A stretch of 64,000 bases of DNA from an uncultured Bacteroidales bacterium (GCA_902779705.1 CACZCR010000009.1:1684-65683), one strand, 5' to 3'. Positions 52,215-62,918 are shown, numbered from the stretch's first letter. Made by a program: numbers and translations. The notes: generated by a model not told the origin, from the letters alone.

Positions 52215-53087
52215 TTACTGAAAACAAAGTACTAAAAAAACATAGCACAAATTGCACAATCCCGCCCCTAAAAGACAGATATTGTAGGCTTTACCTTCGG
52301 CATGCAACACAGCTGTCCACAGAACCAACAGCGGAAGCGCGAATAGTAGTACCCAAGATATAGAGAAAGCCTCGTACGCGCACGCGAGCGCGAATAATAT
52401 AATAAGGAGCATCAGGATCTCGCACGGGCGTTTGCCTATTCTAACCGGCAAGGTGCGTTTGCCGGTTTCGCGGTCGCCATCCAGGTCTCGAAGATTGTTG
52501 ATCATCAGTACCAACATCGAAATCAAACCACATACACTACCTGCCCAAAAAGATGGTGCAAAAGAGGTCCACTGCACATCAGCGGTCTGAGTCATGGATA
52601 GTTGCAACCACGTGGTACCCGTCGAGGCTACGACACCATAGTAGAGCCAAACAAAGATATCGGCTATACCCAAGTAAGAGAGCGAATGTGAGGTGGCAGT
52701 ATAGAGCCACGCAAACAGCAGAGCCGTGAGTCCAATGAGCATTATCGGCCATCCGCCACACAGGATCAGAGCGAACCCTAACGCTAAGGTGATGGTGACA
52801 CATATATCTATGGCGATCAGCATCTGCCGTTCGGTCACTTCCCCCTCGGCCAACGCACGGCGAAAACCGATTCTGGCCTTGCGATCCGTGCCACGACGGA
52901 AATCGTAGTAGTCGTTGATCAGGTTGCTAAGGATTTGCAAACCTAACGCGCATAGAAGTGTAGTACAAGCCACCGGCCAATGGATAGCGGCCGGCGAACA
53001 AACCAATCCAACGATCACCGGACAAAGAGAAGCCGGCAGGGTCTGCGGACGGATGATACGAAGCCAAAGAAGAATCTTTTTCATCAT
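52215..53087 (-). CDS. menA: 1,4-dihydroxy-2-naphthoate polyprenyltransferase (UbiA family)
   Basis: Polytopic UbiA-fold protein with NDYYDFRRGTD and NNLRDLDGD Asp-rich motifs. It sits next to ubiE/menG. Confidence 0.88.
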   Translation of the reverse strand: MMKKILLWLRIIRPQTLPASLCPVIVGLVCSPAAIHWPVACTTLLCALGLQILSNLINDYYDFRRGTDRKARIGFRRALAEGEVTERQMLIAIDICVTITLALGFALILCGGWPIMLIGLTALLFAWLYTATSHSLSYLGIADIFVWLYYGVVASTGTTWLQLSMTQTADVQWTSFAPSFWAGSVCGLISMLVLMINNLRDLDGDRETGKRTLPVRIGKRPCEILMLLIILFALACAYEAFSISWVLLFALPLLVLWTAVLHAEGKAYNICLLGAGLCNLCYVFLVLCFQ

Positions 53088-53773
53088 TTGACAGCACGAT
53101 AGAGATACGATATACCAAAAGTCTGCTTACGGAACGAAACCGTTTGGAATCCGGCCTGACGCAAGTGTGTCAGGAAATCTTCGCCGTAGATAAACTGTCT
53201 GACACTTTGGTTGAGATAGGTATAGGCCGTCTTGTCGTGGCTGAACAGCCGGCCGACGAACGGCAGTAGATGGTTGAAATAGACGGTATATCCCCAGCGA
53301 ACCAAAGCCGCTTCGGGATAGCCGAACTCCAGAATGGTCAGTTCCCCACCCTGCTTGAGCACGCGATACATCTCGCTTAGGCCTTCGTCCAGATCAGCGA
53401 AGTTGCGCACACCATAGGCACACGTCACCGCATCGAACGATGCATCTGCATAGGGCATCTGTTGTGCATTGACTTGCTCGAACACAATAGGCGCTTGTGC
53501 ACGCTGCGCTTTTTGCGCTCCTACCCGCATCATCTCAGTCGACAGGTCGATACCGGTCACACGTTGTGCTTTGTGTTTTCGACACATCAGCAGCGCCAGA
53601 TCACCGGTGCCCACCGCCACATCAAGCACATGATCAACCGGCTTCATTTTGCGTACCGCTTCACGCCTCCAACAGCGGTCAACACCCAACGAAAGCAGGT
53701 GGTTGAGGCCGTCATAATGCGCTGCTATACGGTCAAAAAGCGAGCCTATATGTTTTTTGTCTTGCAATTCCAT
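53084..53773 (-). CDS. ubiE: Demethylmenaquinone methyltransferase (UbiE/MenG)
   Basis: FDRIAAHYDGLNHLLSLGVDRCWRR, SAM motif VLDVAVGTGDL. Confidence 0.92.
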   Translation of the reverse strand: MELQDKKHIGSLFDRIAAHYDGLNHLLSLGVDRCWRREAVRKMKPVDHVLDVAVGTGDLALLMCRKHKAQRVTGIDLSTEMMRVGAQKAQRAQAPIVFEQVNAQQMPYADASFDAVTCAYGVRNFADLDEGLSEMYRVLKQGGELTILEFGYPEAALVRWGYTVYFNHLLPFVGRLFSHDKTAYTYLNQSVRQFIYGEDFLTHLRQAGFQTVSFRKQTFGISYLYRAVK

Positions 53774-53774
53774 G

Positions 53775-54419
53775 TTACTGCTTATTGTTTTGCGCGAAGT
53801 GGCGGCAGTATGACTTTAGTTCGCACTCTTCGCATTTTGGTTTTCGAGCTTGGCAAACGTACCGGCCATGCAACAATAGCCAGTGGTGCGCTTTAGGAAT
53901 CACCTGCTGCGGGATATACTTAACCAGCTGTTTTTCAGTCTGTAGAGGGTTCTTGCTATGAGTAGTCAATCCTAATCGTTCACTGACACGGAATATATGG
54001 GTATCGACTGCCATAGTGGGTTGATTCCAGATCACCGCACAGACCACATTAGCCGTCTTGCGTCCCACTCCCTGCAGGGTCTGCAGATCGTCAATATTGT
54101 CCGGCACTTGGCCATCATACACCTCAACCAGGCGTTGTGCCATCTGTACCAAATGTTCGGATTTGGAGCGTGGGTAGCTGACCGACTGGATATAGCCAAA
54201 CACCTCGTTGGCAGTGGCTTTGGCGAGCGCTTCAGGCGTCGGATAGGCTGCAAAGAGTGCCGGTGTGACCATATTGACACGCTTGTCGGTGCATTGTGCA
54301 GAGAGCATAACTGCCACCAGTAGCTCATAAGGATTGGAGTAGTTCAACTCCGACTCCGCTACCGGCATATGCTGCTCAAACCAAGCGAGTATGGACTCAA
54401 AGCGCTGTTTGGTTGTCAT
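53775..54419 (-). CDS. nth: Endonuclease III
   Basis: LVAVMLSAQCTDKRVN, HhH-GPD LQGVGRKTANVV, 4Fe-4S loop CQARKPKCEECELKSYC. Confidence 0.95.
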   Translation of the reverse strand: MTTKQRFESILAWFEQHMPVAESELNYSNPYELLVAVMLSAQCTDKRVNMVTPALFAAYPTPEALAKATANEVFGYIQSVSYPRSKSEHLVQMAQRLVEVYDGQVPDNIDDLQTLQGVGRKTANVVCAVIWNQPTMAVDTHIFRVSERLGLTTHSKNPLQTEKQLVKYIPQQVIPKAHHWLLLHGRYVCQARKPKCEECELKSYCRHFAQNNKQ

Positions 54420-54855
54420 AGTAGGCGCGACTTATGATTTGTAATAAACGAGTAGCTTGTTGTTGCACCGCAGCCGTTTCTTCAGACACCGGCTTTTGCT
54501 GCAAACGAAGCATCATTATCTGATACAGCAATATCAGGCAAGCCTCCACATCCGACATTGTCGGACGATCGGTTTTAGACTTGAGGATATTAAGGGCAGG
54601 CTGAACGCGGATGATCATAGCGCGATACTGTGCCTCTTGATCCAGCAACTCAGCGTGGACTTGCTCCATCTCCTGTAAGGCGTTCTGTGCCAGACGCAGG
54701 TGACCGGAATCGGTGATACCTTCCCGATGCATCATCTCATGAATCTCGTGCAATTCGGCATTAGTCTCCGCTTGCTCGGGAAAAGCACGCAGATAGTCCT
54801 CTAACTGCCAAAGATAGAGAATATATTCAGCTATATTTTCGCGTTTATTCTTCAT
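54397..54855 (-). CDS. DUF4924-like protein
   Basis: KRENIAEYILYLWQLEDYLRA matches my memory of the DUF4924 N-terminus. The start is either 54855 (MKNKREN) or 54876. Confidence 0.6.
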   Translation of the reverse strand: MKNKRENIAEYILYLWQLEDYLRAFPEQAETNAELHEIHEMMHREGITDSGHLRLAQNALQEMEQVHAELLDQEAQYRAMIIRVQPALNILKSKTDRPTMSDVEACLILLYQIMMLRLQQKPVSEETAAVQQQATRLLQIISRAYYDNQTAL

Positions 54856-55258
54856 CGTCTTCCCAATCCAATTCATCCAGATAGCTGTCGCTCATAAAGG
54901 TCTCGATCTCACGACGGTCCTTTTTGGTAGGACGTCCTGTACCACGATCGCGACCCGTTTGGCCTGCCATACGTGCCAACTCAAGCAGCTCCAGTTGATC
55001 CGGGGCCGTTATATCCTGCATATACTCCGGCACCAGTTTGGCGCCCAGACGATTCTCCGAGAGTTGCAGCACACGGTACGAATAGGTGATGGGGCCTTTA
55101 CGCACCGAGAACCGGTCGCCGATCTTGAAAGTACGGCTGGGTTTGAGTTGGACACCATTCATGGTGATGCGGCCGTTTTTGCATGCATCAGCAGCGATAG
55201 AGCGCGTCTTGTAGATACGCATCGCCCACAGATATTTGTCCACTCTGACTTCTGCCAT
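54845..55258 (-). CDS. S4-domain RNA-binding protein (Hsp15/HslR-like)
   Basis: VRVDKYLWAMRIYKTRSIAADACKNGRITMNG is the S4 motif. Confidence 0.85.
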   Translation of the reverse strand: MAEVRVDKYLWAMRIYKTRSIAADACKNGRITMNGVQLKPSRTFKIGDRFSVRKGPITYSYRVLQLSENRLGAKLVPEYMQDITAPDQLELLELARMAGQTGRDRGTGRPTKKDRREIETFMSDSYLDELDWEDDEE

Positions 55259-55259
55259 C

Positions 55260-55823
55260 TTACTTGTTATTATACAGGTTCATCGTACGATCTACACCTT
55301 GCAGACAAAACGAAGGAATGACTTCTGCAGCCACTTTGAGTCGTGCCCCCATCTGCTCTTTCTCTTGATCGCTCCACTCGCCGAGCACAAAATTGATTTG
55401 CGTTCCACGTGTGTACTCATTACCTATACCAAAACGCACTCGCGCGTAGTTATCGGTGCCGAGAACCGACTGTATATGTCCTAAACCGTTATGACCTCCA
55501 TTACTGCCGGCTTTGCGAATACGAATCTTACCAAACGGCAAGTTGAGATCATCCACCAGGACCAACATATTCTCCACCGGTATCTTCTCCTGCTGCAGCC
55601 AATAGCGTACGGCGTTTCCGCTTAGGTTCATATAGGTAGAAGGCTTAAGCAACACCATTTCGGCACTCTTGACACGACACTTGGCTACGAACCCATACCG
55701 TTTGTCCTGCCACTCGGCATGAACGCTCTCGGCAAACGTATCAATGATGTCAAAACCGATATTGTGACGCGTATGTTGGTACTCGTCACCTATATTGCCC
55801 AGTCCTACGATTAGAAATTTCAT
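55260..55823 (-). CDS. pth: Peptidyl-tRNA hydrolase
   Basis: MKFLIVGLGNIGDEYQHTRHNIGF, ...GSNGGHNGL.... The ATG at 55823 is preferred over the longer ORF. Confidence 0.95.
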   Translation of the reverse strand: MKFLIVGLGNIGDEYQHTRHNIGFDIIDTFAESVHAEWQDKRYGFVAKCRVKSAEMVLLKPSTYMNLSGNAVRYWLQQEKIPVENMLVLVDDLNLPFGKIRIRKAGSNGGHNGLGHIQSVLGTDNYARVRFGIGNEYTRGTQINFVLGEWSDQEKEQMGARLKVAAEVIPSFCLQGVDRTMNLYNNK

Positions 55824-55891
55824 TGTCTGCTCTTTACGACTAACGGCAGGGAATAGCCCTGCCGTCAGTTTTGAAAATAATGTGTGAAACA

Positions 55892-56449
55892 TTATGCTTG
55901 CTTGCTTTGGCGGGTAGCCTTAACCTCTGCAACACACATGTCAGCAGGATTCATCAGGCGCAGACCTTCGAGTTGAATGTCAGCCACAGCAATTTTCTTG
56001 CCCAGACCGAGAGAGGTAACATCTACCACTACGCGCTCCGGAATCTGAGTGTAGATACCATTCACTTTGAGCTTGCGAGCCTGAAGAGCCAATTTACCAC
56101 CGGCTTTCACGCCCTCTGCCAAACCTTCGAGTTTAACAGGAATAGCAACCGTTACAGGCTTTTGCTCGTTTACCTCCAGGAAGTCGATGTGGAGTACACG
56201 CTCTGTGATCGGGTGAAATTGGAATTCCTTAACCACTGCCATCTTCTTAGCATCGCCGATAGTCAACTCTACTGCCATCGTGTCGGGCGTATAGATGAGT
56301 TTGCGTACATCGCCCTCTGCTACAGTGAAAGTGATGTTCTCACCCAGACCGTAGATGTTGCAAGGAACGAGATTCTCTTTACGGAAAGCCTTAGCTGCTT
56401 TCTTGCCGTACTCGCTACGTGGAGTACCTACCAATTGAAAAGTCTTCAT
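55892..56449 (-). CDS. rplY: 50S ribosomal protein L25 / general stress protein Ctc
   Basis: FRKENLVPCNIYG..., a two-domain Ctc-type L25, in the conserved position upstream of pth. Confidence 0.92.
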   Translation of the reverse strand: MKTFQLVGTPRSEYGKKAAKAFRKENLVPCNIYGLGENITFTVAEGDVRKLIYTPDTMAVELTIGDAKKMAVVKEFQFHPITERVLHIDFLEVNEQKPVTVAIPVKLEGLAEGVKAGGKLALQARKLKVNGIYTQIPERVVVDVTSLGLGKKIAVADIQLEGLRLMNPADMCVAEVKATRQSKQA

Positions 56450-56547
56450 TTGTTTTGTTTGTTTGTGTTACTTAATACCGTGTATCTCATCACACGTGCG
56501 CTCGCGCGCGGTTTTCATAATGAAGGCTGCATAAGCGCAGCCTTTTG

Positions 56548-56618
56548 TTGTCCACCGAGGAGTCGAACCTCGCTTCTCGGAACCAAAATCCGGTGTAATA
56601 CCGATATACGAGTGGACA
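56548..56618 (-). tRNA. tRNA-Gln (anticodon UUG)
   Basis: Hand-folded cloverleaf: TGTCCAC TC GTA TATCGGTAT TAC A CCGGA TTTTGGT TCCGA GAAG CGAGG TTCGACT CCTCG GTGGACA A. The U1:A72 pair and 3-bp D stem are as in bacterial tRNA-Gln. The T-loop is TTCGACT. CCA is not encoded. Confidence 0.85.
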
Positions 56619-56649
56619 CCACATCCGCCATTTTGACGGAAAGCAGGTG

Positions 56650-56681
56650 CAAAGGTACTGCTTTTTTTTGATATACGCAAA
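56650..56681 (-). promoter_or_regulatory. Promoter of tRNA-Gln (and possibly rplY-pth)
   Basis: Reverse complement reads TTTG, a 20-nt spacer, then TACCTTTG. Confidence 0.6.
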
Positions 56682-56718
56682 TTTTTTGTGATTTTTTTGC
56701 AATTATATCAAAAAAAAT

Positions 56719-57438
56719 CTATTTTTTCTTTGCTATCTTAGCCTTTAATTGCGGAATATATGTATTGCGCACATACTTATAGTTAGGAAACTCCTGCAAC
56801 AGGGCCTGCGCTTTCTTGAGCGCCGTATCCAAGTCGCCTTGTTTCTCATAACACTGTGCTATCGTCAGCAAGGTAGCCGGACGATTCCAACAATACTTCC
56901 ACTCCGGAGCACGGTATATTTTCTCCGCCTTCTGGAATATAACCAATGCCTCTTTCTTGTTGCCTATTCCTGCCGGAGCGTAAAACAGCACGTTCGCCCG
57001 ATATCCCAGGGTGATAGGATTGTTAGGCTGTTTCTCTGCTGCTGAATTGGCCAACTTTAGCGTGCTGACAAAATGGGCGGACTTACCCAACATGATCTCG
57101 AACGCATAGACTGACGATAAATACATATCATAGTATCCGGCGCCCAAGTGCGGCTTCATTTCCTCAACGTGGCTTTTGAACCGTTCCACATAAGGAGCAG
57201 CTTGTTTCTTGCTCACGTCCATCATCGCGGCACAATAGCCATACTCATATGCCATACAACGCAGGCGAGCCTGCTTGGTAGCTGACTTCCAAGGCACTGC
57301 GTCGATATAGCTCTTCCATTTGCTCATGTTATTCTCCAGATAGGCATCCATGAGGTCCTTGTCTGCCTCAGAGAACTGGGCAAACAAGGACGCACAGGTC
57401 ATGAGCATTATACTGATCAATAATGCGAATCGTTTCAT
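56719..57438 (-). CDS. Secreted helical-repeat (TPR-like) hypothetical protein
   Basis: Signal peptide [21 protein letters not shown] and a helical-repeat-like body. The ATG overlaps the pfp stop (ATGA). Confidence 0.6.
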   Translation of the reverse strand: MKRFALLISIMLMTCASLFAQFSEADKDLMDAYLENNMSKWKSYIDAVPWKSATKQARLRCMAYEYGYCAAMMDVSKKQAAPYVERFKSHVEEMKPHLGAGYYDMYLSSVYAFEIMLGKSAHFVSTLKLANSAAEKQPNNPITLGYRANVLFYAPAGIGNKKEALVIFQKAEKIYRAPEWKYCWNRPATLLTIAQCYEKQGDLDTALKKAQALLQEFPNYKYVRNTYIPQLKAKIAKKK

Positions 57439-59087
57439 TTGTCTTGCTCTAAACGAAGGGTACGTGTTGGTTGATCGCAAACCTCGGTCGGTCCATAGTA
57501 CTGGATCGGTCCCGGATAGATATACGATGTATTGGCATCAGCCCATTGTGCGCGATGCTCTTTGAGATACAGGAACGGAGCACCGTTGAGGTCTACCAAT
57601 GCTTTTTGGATCACCGGTTTCATTTTACCGTTACGCTTCTCCATGTTAAACATCATCGTGATAGGTACACCACCTGCAACCCATTCTGCTGCGGGTTTGG
57701 TGAGGTTGCGAACAGATGACATATAACCGGTCTTGCCTGCTGCGATCAGGTGAGTAGCGGTCATACCCAACGAATAGCAATAGTCTGCATCAAAATTCGA
57801 AGGTATAGCACAGCGGCCTTCATAGCCGAAGAAGTGATTGAGGGCAGCAAATTTACCTTTATACTTGCCTTGTGCTTTGAGTTGAGCCAGGCGTTTGCCT
57901 ACCATCTCAATCAGCAGTTTCTCGGTCTCGATCTGGCTTACCATCACATTACCGTGAGGATCACGATCAAGCGTCAACTGACGAGCGATACCCTTTGGCA
58001 ACGAGCGATACAGGTCGCATGAAGCAGGGGTCAGCATCGACTTAACATACTCGCGCTTAGCATCATCGCCCTCAAGCGAAGCGAACTCCTCGTTAGCAGC
58101 AAGCATATCATTGAGCTCTTGAATGAGCACACGCATAGCAGGGATAAACTCGATCAATCCTTCCGGAATCAAGATAGTACCGAAGTTCAGACCCGAGTTA
58201 GCGCGATCGACGATCACGTCTACGATCTGCTCTACGATATCGTTGAGGGTCATCTTCTTCTCCTCAACCTCCTCAGAGATCAAGCAGATATTCGGCTGAC
58301 TTTGAAGCGCGCACTCCAAAGCAATATGGCTTGCACTACGGCCCATCAGACGGATGAAGTGCCAGTATTTCTTAGCCGAGTTGGCATCGCGCTGGATATT
58401 ACCAATCAACTCTGAATATACCTTACAAGCCGTGTCAAAACCAAAAGAGGTCTCGATCATCTCGTTCTTGAGGTCACCATCGATAGTCTTCGGGCAACCG
58501 ATGACTTGGATACCGCACTGTTTTTGCATGTAATACTCTGCCAAAACGCAAGCATTGGTATTGGAGTCGTCTCCACCAATGATCACGATAGCCGAGATAC
58601 CCAGTTCTTGGCACACTTTGATACCATTGTCGAACTGCCAGGTCTCTTCCAGTTTGGTACGGCCTGAACCGATGATGTCAAATCCACCTGTGTTACGGTA
58701 TTCGTCGATGATTTCAGCTGTCAACTCCTGATACTTGCCATCAATCAAACCGCTGGGGCCGCCTAAGAAACCATAGAGTTTATTCTCAGGGTTGAGCGCC
58801 TTGAGACCATCAAACAGACCGGAAATCACATTATGACCACCGGGAGCTTGACCGCCCGACAAGATCACACCAACGTGGATTGGTTTATCCAGATGATTCG
58901 TTCCTTCAGCCGGCTCCATTTTGATAGTTGGCATGCCATAGGTGTTCGGGAAGAGGGCTTTGATATCCTCCTGATCAGCCACCGACTGTGTTTTCTCACC
59001 TTCTACCAGTTTGACTGCACCTTGCAGCGCCACCGGCATCTTCGGTTGATAGCTTTGACGAGCTATCTGTAATGGACTTTTTTGCAT
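57435..59087 (-). CDS. pfp: Diphosphate--fructose-6-phosphate 1-phosphotransferase (PPi-PFK)
   Basis: 550 aa, [35 protein letters not shown]. Long PPi-dependent type. Confidence 0.93.
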   Translation of the reverse strand: MQKSPLQIARQSYQPKMPVALQGAVKLVEGEKTQSVADQEDIKALFPNTYGMPTIKMEPAEGTNHLDKPIHVGVILSGGQAPGGHNVISGLFDGLKALNPENKLYGFLGGPSGLIDGKYQELTAEIIDEYRNTGGFDIIGSGRTKLEETWQFDNGIKVCQELGISAIVIIGGDDSNTNACVLAEYYMQKQCGIQVIGCPKTIDGDLKNEMIETSFGFDTACKVYSELIGNIQRDANSAKKYWHFIRLMGRSASHIALECALQSQPNICLISEEVEEKKMTLNDIVEQIVDVIVDRANSGLNFGTILIPEGLIEFIPAMRVLIQELNDMLAANEEFASLEGDDAKREYVKSMLTPASCDLYRSLPKGIARQLTLDRDPHGNVMVSQIETEKLLIEMVGKRLAQLKAQGKYKGKFAALNHFFGYEGRCAIPSNFDADYCYSLGMTATHLIAAGKTGYMSSVRNLTKPAAEWVAGGVPITMMFNMEKRNGKMKPVIQKALVDLNGAPFLYLKEHRAQWADANTSYIYPGPIQYYGPTEVCDQPTRTLRLEQDK

Positions 59088-59161
59088 AATGAATATATTT
59101 TTTATTTTAATGAATTAACGAATTAACGGGTTAACAGTTTCACTCAAACCAATTTTGCCTG

Positions 59162-59193
59162 CAAAATTACTGCTTTTTTTTGACATATGCAAG
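59162..59193 (-). promoter_or_regulatory. Promoter of pfp
   Basis: Reverse complement reads CTTG, a 20-nt spacer, then TAATTTTG. Confidence 0.5.
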
Positions 59194-59285
59194 AGCCGCA
59201 GATTTTTTGTTGATTTTTTGCATAAATTTAGAATGTATTGAGGGTATATTATGCATATATTCAGCATGTATTTAGCAGTCATTCC

Positions 59286-59340
59286 CGTTCGCATGTCGTT
59301 CGCATGTCGTTCGCATCTCGTTCGCATCTCGTTACCATTA
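59286..59340 (+). repeat. 11-nt-period array CGTTCGCAT(G/C)T x4 + CGTTACCATTA
   Basis: CGTTCGCATGTCGTTCGCATGTCGTTCGCATCTCGTTCGCATCTCGTTACCATTA. Confidence 0.95.
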
Positions 59341-59507
59341 CGGACGTGCACGTACGGTTTGGGGTGTGTCGGAGAGGCGTTAGAATTGGTTTCCGGGGCC
59401 GTTCCGGGTACGTAATAAGTCCGAGAATGGTTAATGGATAACTAAGAATATATAAGAACAACTAACGATTTACCAGCCAAATTTGGCTAATTCATTAAAA
59501 AAATGAT

Positions 59508-59537
59508 GTGGCAGAAGTGGCAGAAACGGCAGAAAAA
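59508..59537 (+). repeat. 9-nt array (G)TGGCAGAA x3
   Basis: GTGGCAGAAGTGGCAGAAACGGCAGAAAAA. Confidence 0.85.
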
Positions 59538-59636
59538 TCGGGGAAATAATTTATGCCATTTATGCCAGTACAAATTTTTATCCAAGGCGGCAAAAATAGG
59601 AAGAGGAATTGCATATCATTCCGCATATTATGTAAT

Positions 59637-60194
59637 TTAAAATCCAAATCCTCTTAGTTCGGGTTTGCGGAGAGATTCATGTTGCGCGAGTTGACAAAAC
59701 CAATATAACGCCTCATCATTATCGCAGCAGCGTTCGTCCTTAGCAAGGATCTCCGCCAATAATAGTTGACCACGCTGATCTCCTTGTGCTGCAGCCTCTT
59801 TCAGCCACGACAATGCGTCAGACAGTTTAGGTTCTATGCCGATTCCTTTGTAGAGACACCACCCTACCGATGTCATCGCCTCCGCACATCCGTGATTAGC
59901 TGCTTTACAATACCATTCGAAGGCCTGTTTCTCTTCTGCTGCATCTGCTGTTTTTCCTCCGAGACCAGTCTCAAGGATGACGCCCATATTGTACTGAGCA
60001 GCTGCAAAGCCTTGCTCTGCCGACAAACGAATCAATTCGAACGGGTCTTCATCGACCTCTACTCCTTCCGGCAAGTCTCCATGAAGGATCCAAAGTCCCA
60101 ATAAGTTCTGGCTCAAGGCATTTCCCTCTCGGGCTCGCTTCAGCGTGCCTTCGAAGGTAGTCATCCCTTTGTCTTCTCGTATTTCCGTATTCAT
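59637..60194 (-). CDS. Sel1-like repeat (SLR/TPR) protein
   Basis: AEQGFAAAQYNMGVILETG..., AANHGCAEAMTSVGWCLYKGIGIE..., AAAQGDQRGQLLLAEIL are Sel1 repeat signatures. Confidence 0.8.
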   Translation of the reverse strand: MNTEIREDKGMTTFEGTLKRAREGNALSQNLLGLWILHGDLPEGVEVDEDPFELIRLSAEQGFAAAQYNMGVILETGLGGKTADAAEEKQAFEWYCKAANHGCAEAMTSVGWCLYKGIGIEPKLSDALSWLKEAAAQGDQRGQLLLAEILAKDERCCDNDEALYWFCQLAQHESLRKPELRGFGF

Positions 60195-60218
60195 TGCTCT
60201 CGTCTATTTGCGTTTAGA

Positions 60219-60842
60219 TTACGCATTGGTTAGAATACTTTTGATTTGTTTGGCGGCTTGCTCGTTGCAGCGATGCCCAAATTTAGCGTTCCAATATATC
60301 TCGTAGCCCAAAGACCCCAAGAGTGCGGCGTTTTTCTTTGAGAACTCACGACCTATTAGTTCGTCGTCCGTGGAGAAAAGCGCGATGTTCCTTGTTCCGA
60401 GAATGGGCGTATTGGTCTCACGAAATGTAATAAACTGACGTATCATCGGTTCGTCGATGATATATTCCGTCTCTCCATTCTCCCGCAGCTGCAGATAGGG
60501 ATGCTTGCCATAACCAATTTTACGAAGCACCCGTTCAATCTCAACGCATGGATTAACCGCCACCTTTATAGCATTCGGACTGTTGACATACATCGTCAAT
60601 AAACCGCCCATCGATGTGCCGGCAATCAGAGTCGGTTGGAATGCCGCAATCCACTCATTCAGTATATCTAATGACTCAAACGGGTTATGCGTTATTTCCG
60701 GCGACAGCCATTCGTAACCGTCTAAACTGCGCGCCAAGGAAGATTTCGTTCCCGACGCAGCACTGGATCCTAAGCCGTGAATATATAGTGCGTACGGTTT
60801 CTGTATCGGAGTGCCGTATTGGAATGTTGCAGGTTCTTTCAT
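60219..60842 (-). CDS. Alpha/beta hydrolase (YqiA-like esterase fold)
   Basis: YIHGLGSSAASG, nucleophile elbow GTSMGG, about 200 aa. Confidence 0.65.
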   Translation of the reverse strand: MKEPATFQYGTPIQKPYALYIHGLGSSAASGTKSSLARSLDGYEWLSPEITHNPFESLDILNEWIAAFQPTLIAGTSMGGLLTMYVNSPNAIKVAVNPCVEIERVLRKIGYGKHPYLQLRENGETEYIIDEPMIRQFITFRETNTPILGTRNIALFSTDDELIGREFSKKNAALLGSLGYEIYWNAKFGHRCNEQAAKQIKSILTNA

Positions 60843-60872
60843 AATTGTTAATCTGTAACCGACTGGTTGTGA

Positions 60873-61214
60873 TTATTGTAGATTTCCTGTTAGTTTAAGT
60901 ATGAGCACGATGAAACCGGCTATAAGAGCGCAGACGATGCATAATAGGACGAGTTCGCCTAGGCAAGTATTGAAGAAGGCGAGCATACTCTCGTTGATAC
61001 CCTGCCAGATATCATGCCATGCTTCTTTGCGCATCTCACTACGCGATGGTCTCTTCATCGGCGGATCCACAGCCAGCCACTGTCCGTTGATATACAACTG
61101 ACCTTCATGGATATCTGTTATCGTCGGGCGTTTCTTGCGTCCTTTCTTCTTCGGCTGTTCCGCCGATGGTTTGATCGGCGGTTTCGGTAGTTTTTGTATG
61201 GTGGGTTTGACCAT
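60873..61214 (-). CDS. Hypothetical protein, basic N-terminus + C-terminal TM helix
   Basis: KPPIKPSAEQPKKKGRKKRP... and LVLLCIVCALIAGFIVLILKL. The ATG directly abuts the upstream stop (TAAATG). Confidence 0.5.
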   Translation of the reverse strand: MVKPTIQKLPKPPIKPSAEQPKKKGRKKRPTITDIHEGQLYINGQWLAVDPPMKRPSRSEMRKEAWHDIWQGINESMLAFFNTCLGELVLLCIVCALIAGFIVLILKLTGNLQ

Positions 61215-61562
61215 TTATGCTTGCTCTGATTTCACTCTGTTAATTATTGCTTCGATTTCATTCTTGCCCATATTCCACTCATGGCTGAAATATTCCGCAA
61301 GAAACTCTTCCGGATAGTCTTTTTCTAAAAAATAGCGAATGGTATCTTCATGAAGATGCACAAAACCCTCTTGGAAACTATGATGAGTGTAAAGCCAATC
61401 GATATAGAAGAATTCTTCAGCGTAACGATCCACTACTTCCGGAGAGAATCCTTTTTCGATCCACATGCGCTTATGATCGTCAGAGTGGATAAACTGATTC
61501 CGTTCTTCCTCACGTTTACGAGCTACTTCCGGATTATAATATGCTTCAAATAGAGACGTCAT
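61215..61562 (-). CDS. Hypothetical protein (115 aa)
   Basis: ORF in a tight operon; no family recognised. Confidence 0.5.
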   Translation of the reverse strand: MTSLFEAYYNPEVARKREEERNQFIHSDDHKRMWIEKGFSPEVVDRYAEEFFYIDWLYTHHSFQEGFVHLHEDTIRYFLEKDYPEEFLAEYFSHEWNMGKNEIEAIINRVKSEQA

Positions 61563-61571
61563 AGTATATGC

Positions 61572-62189
61572 TTAAAGTTCTTTGCACAATTCTTCTTCGA
61601 ATGCCTCCATATAGAATTCTTGAACCATGTTGGCTGCTTCAATAGGCATATCAGACTCTTCGTAGTCATCAGGGTTCAAGGTTTGCAGGTATTGCGCATG
61701 CAAACGATCTTGATAGGGGTCGATGAGAGAAACGGCTTGCAGTCGTCCATGGAACAGATAGGTCCAACCATCTGGCGGCATAGAGCCAAACGCATAGACC
61801 GTCACATTGTCCAAGCCGTTGATATACTTCAGGAACGGAATGGGCGCAGCTGCCGGCGTTTCCAGCAGCGTAAAGAGGCACAACATATCATCCTGGTCAT
61901 ACAGCAGTTGCCACTTGTCGAACGGCATCGGTCCACGGCAACCATAGTGCTCATAACAATAGTCCATTCCGGCTTTGAGTTGTTCGTCATCGTGGATATC
62001 GATCTCCGGTAACGGAACATACGATTCCATACCTATTCCGTTTTCTTTGAGACCGTTTAACAGGTCCACGATCTGTTCGCCGTTCATCTGAACCGACACA
62101 CGTTCACCTTTTAGACCGCGGTTCAAAAAATCCACAACGGCTTGCTTTTTGCCTTTGAAAAAGATTTCACTATATAATGGATCAGCCAT
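61572..62189 (-). CDS. Hypothetical protein (205 aa)
   Basis: ORF in a tight operon. The weak, unverified resemblance to DUF1281/Api92-like ferredoxin-fold proteins is only an impression. Confidence 0.5.
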   Translation of the reverse strand: MADPLYSEIFFKGKKQAVVDFLNRGLKGERVSVQMNGEQIVDLLNGLKENGIGMESYVPLPEIDIHDDEQLKAGMDYCYEHYGCRGPMPFDKWQLLYDQDDMLCLFTLLETPAAAPIPFLKYINGLDNVTVYAFGSMPPDGWTYLFHGRLQAVSLIDPYQDRLHAQYLQTLNPDDYEESDMPIEAANMVQEFYMEAFEEELCKEL

Positions 62190-62204
62190 AGTACTATTTT
62201 GTAT

Positions 62205-62813
62205 TTACCGATTTTTCAGAATATCCAGCAGATTGCGATGCTTCTCAAAGAACTGCATATATGCAATCACCGCCTGATCATTTTCTGTCCGCAGTAATTG
62301 CTTCCAAGATACGTTATGCTCCTGACAGAAGAAATAATGACGGAAACCATAGTTTTTATCCATTTCGGGGCCTTCCTCTCTGCCTTGATAAATCTCGTTC
62401 CAGTCATGATAGAACTGCAGGTTTTCTTTATTAAACTCGCGCCAAAGTTGTTTTTTCTCCTCCGGAGTAAGCACTTTTACATGAATATACAAAGCATCTA
62501 CCAGATCTATAAAGGGCTGTATGCGCTTATCATCAAATGGATCTTCGCATTCGGGAGCATTACATGTGAGCCAATCAATGAATTTCCATTTATTGACCTC
62601 CTGCATTTTATACAAGTTCGCGACTTCCTCTGTATCCTTCGGCAAGAGAATGATATACTCTTTGTTGTAGTCAGTTTCACATCCGAAGTAGTGGAGTTTA
62701 CGATCCGATGCCCTACATAACCCTTTGGGGTCGTCTGTTTCTCCACTAATGGTGTACACATCTGCATACTCGTTTTGCTTGAGCAATTCAAGTGTTTTGT
62801 ATTTCTCGTTCAT
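62205..62813 (-). CDS. Hypothetical protein (202 aa)
   Basis: ORF in a tight operon; no family recognised. Confidence 0.5.
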   Translation of the reverse strand: MNEKYKTLELLKQNEYADVYTISGETDDPKGLCRASDRKLHYFGCETDYNKEYIILLPKDTEEVANLYKMQEVNKWKFIDWLTCNAPECEDPFDDKRIQPFIDLVDALYIHVKVLTPEEKKQLWREFNKENLQFYHDWNEIYQGREEGPEMDKNYGFRHYFFCQEHNVSWKQLLRTENDQAVIAYMQFFEKHRNLLDILKNR

Positions 62814-62918
62814 AACATTTAGATTTCCGGTGGCATAGATAATGAAAGAAAGCTTTGAGTTCGCTCTTTAGCCGAGACATTTCTTCGCGTCACTGTTGGT
62901 AATTTTCTTCAGTGTAGC

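Noticed and set aside
56619-56640. An ATCCGCCAT half-site of the REP palindrome just upstream of tRNA-Gln
   Set aside because: It is a single 9-mer without its inverted partner. One chance occurrence in 64 kb on two strands is not surprising.
56468-56702. Two 70-aa minus-strand ORFs
   Set aside because: They overlap the tRNA-Gln gene and its promoter. The KKSSTFA-type peptide is simply the translated TAnnTTTG/poly-A promoter region.
59474-59490. The palindrome AGCCAAATTTGGCT as a terminator
   Set aside because: No T-run follows it on either strand in the correct orientation.
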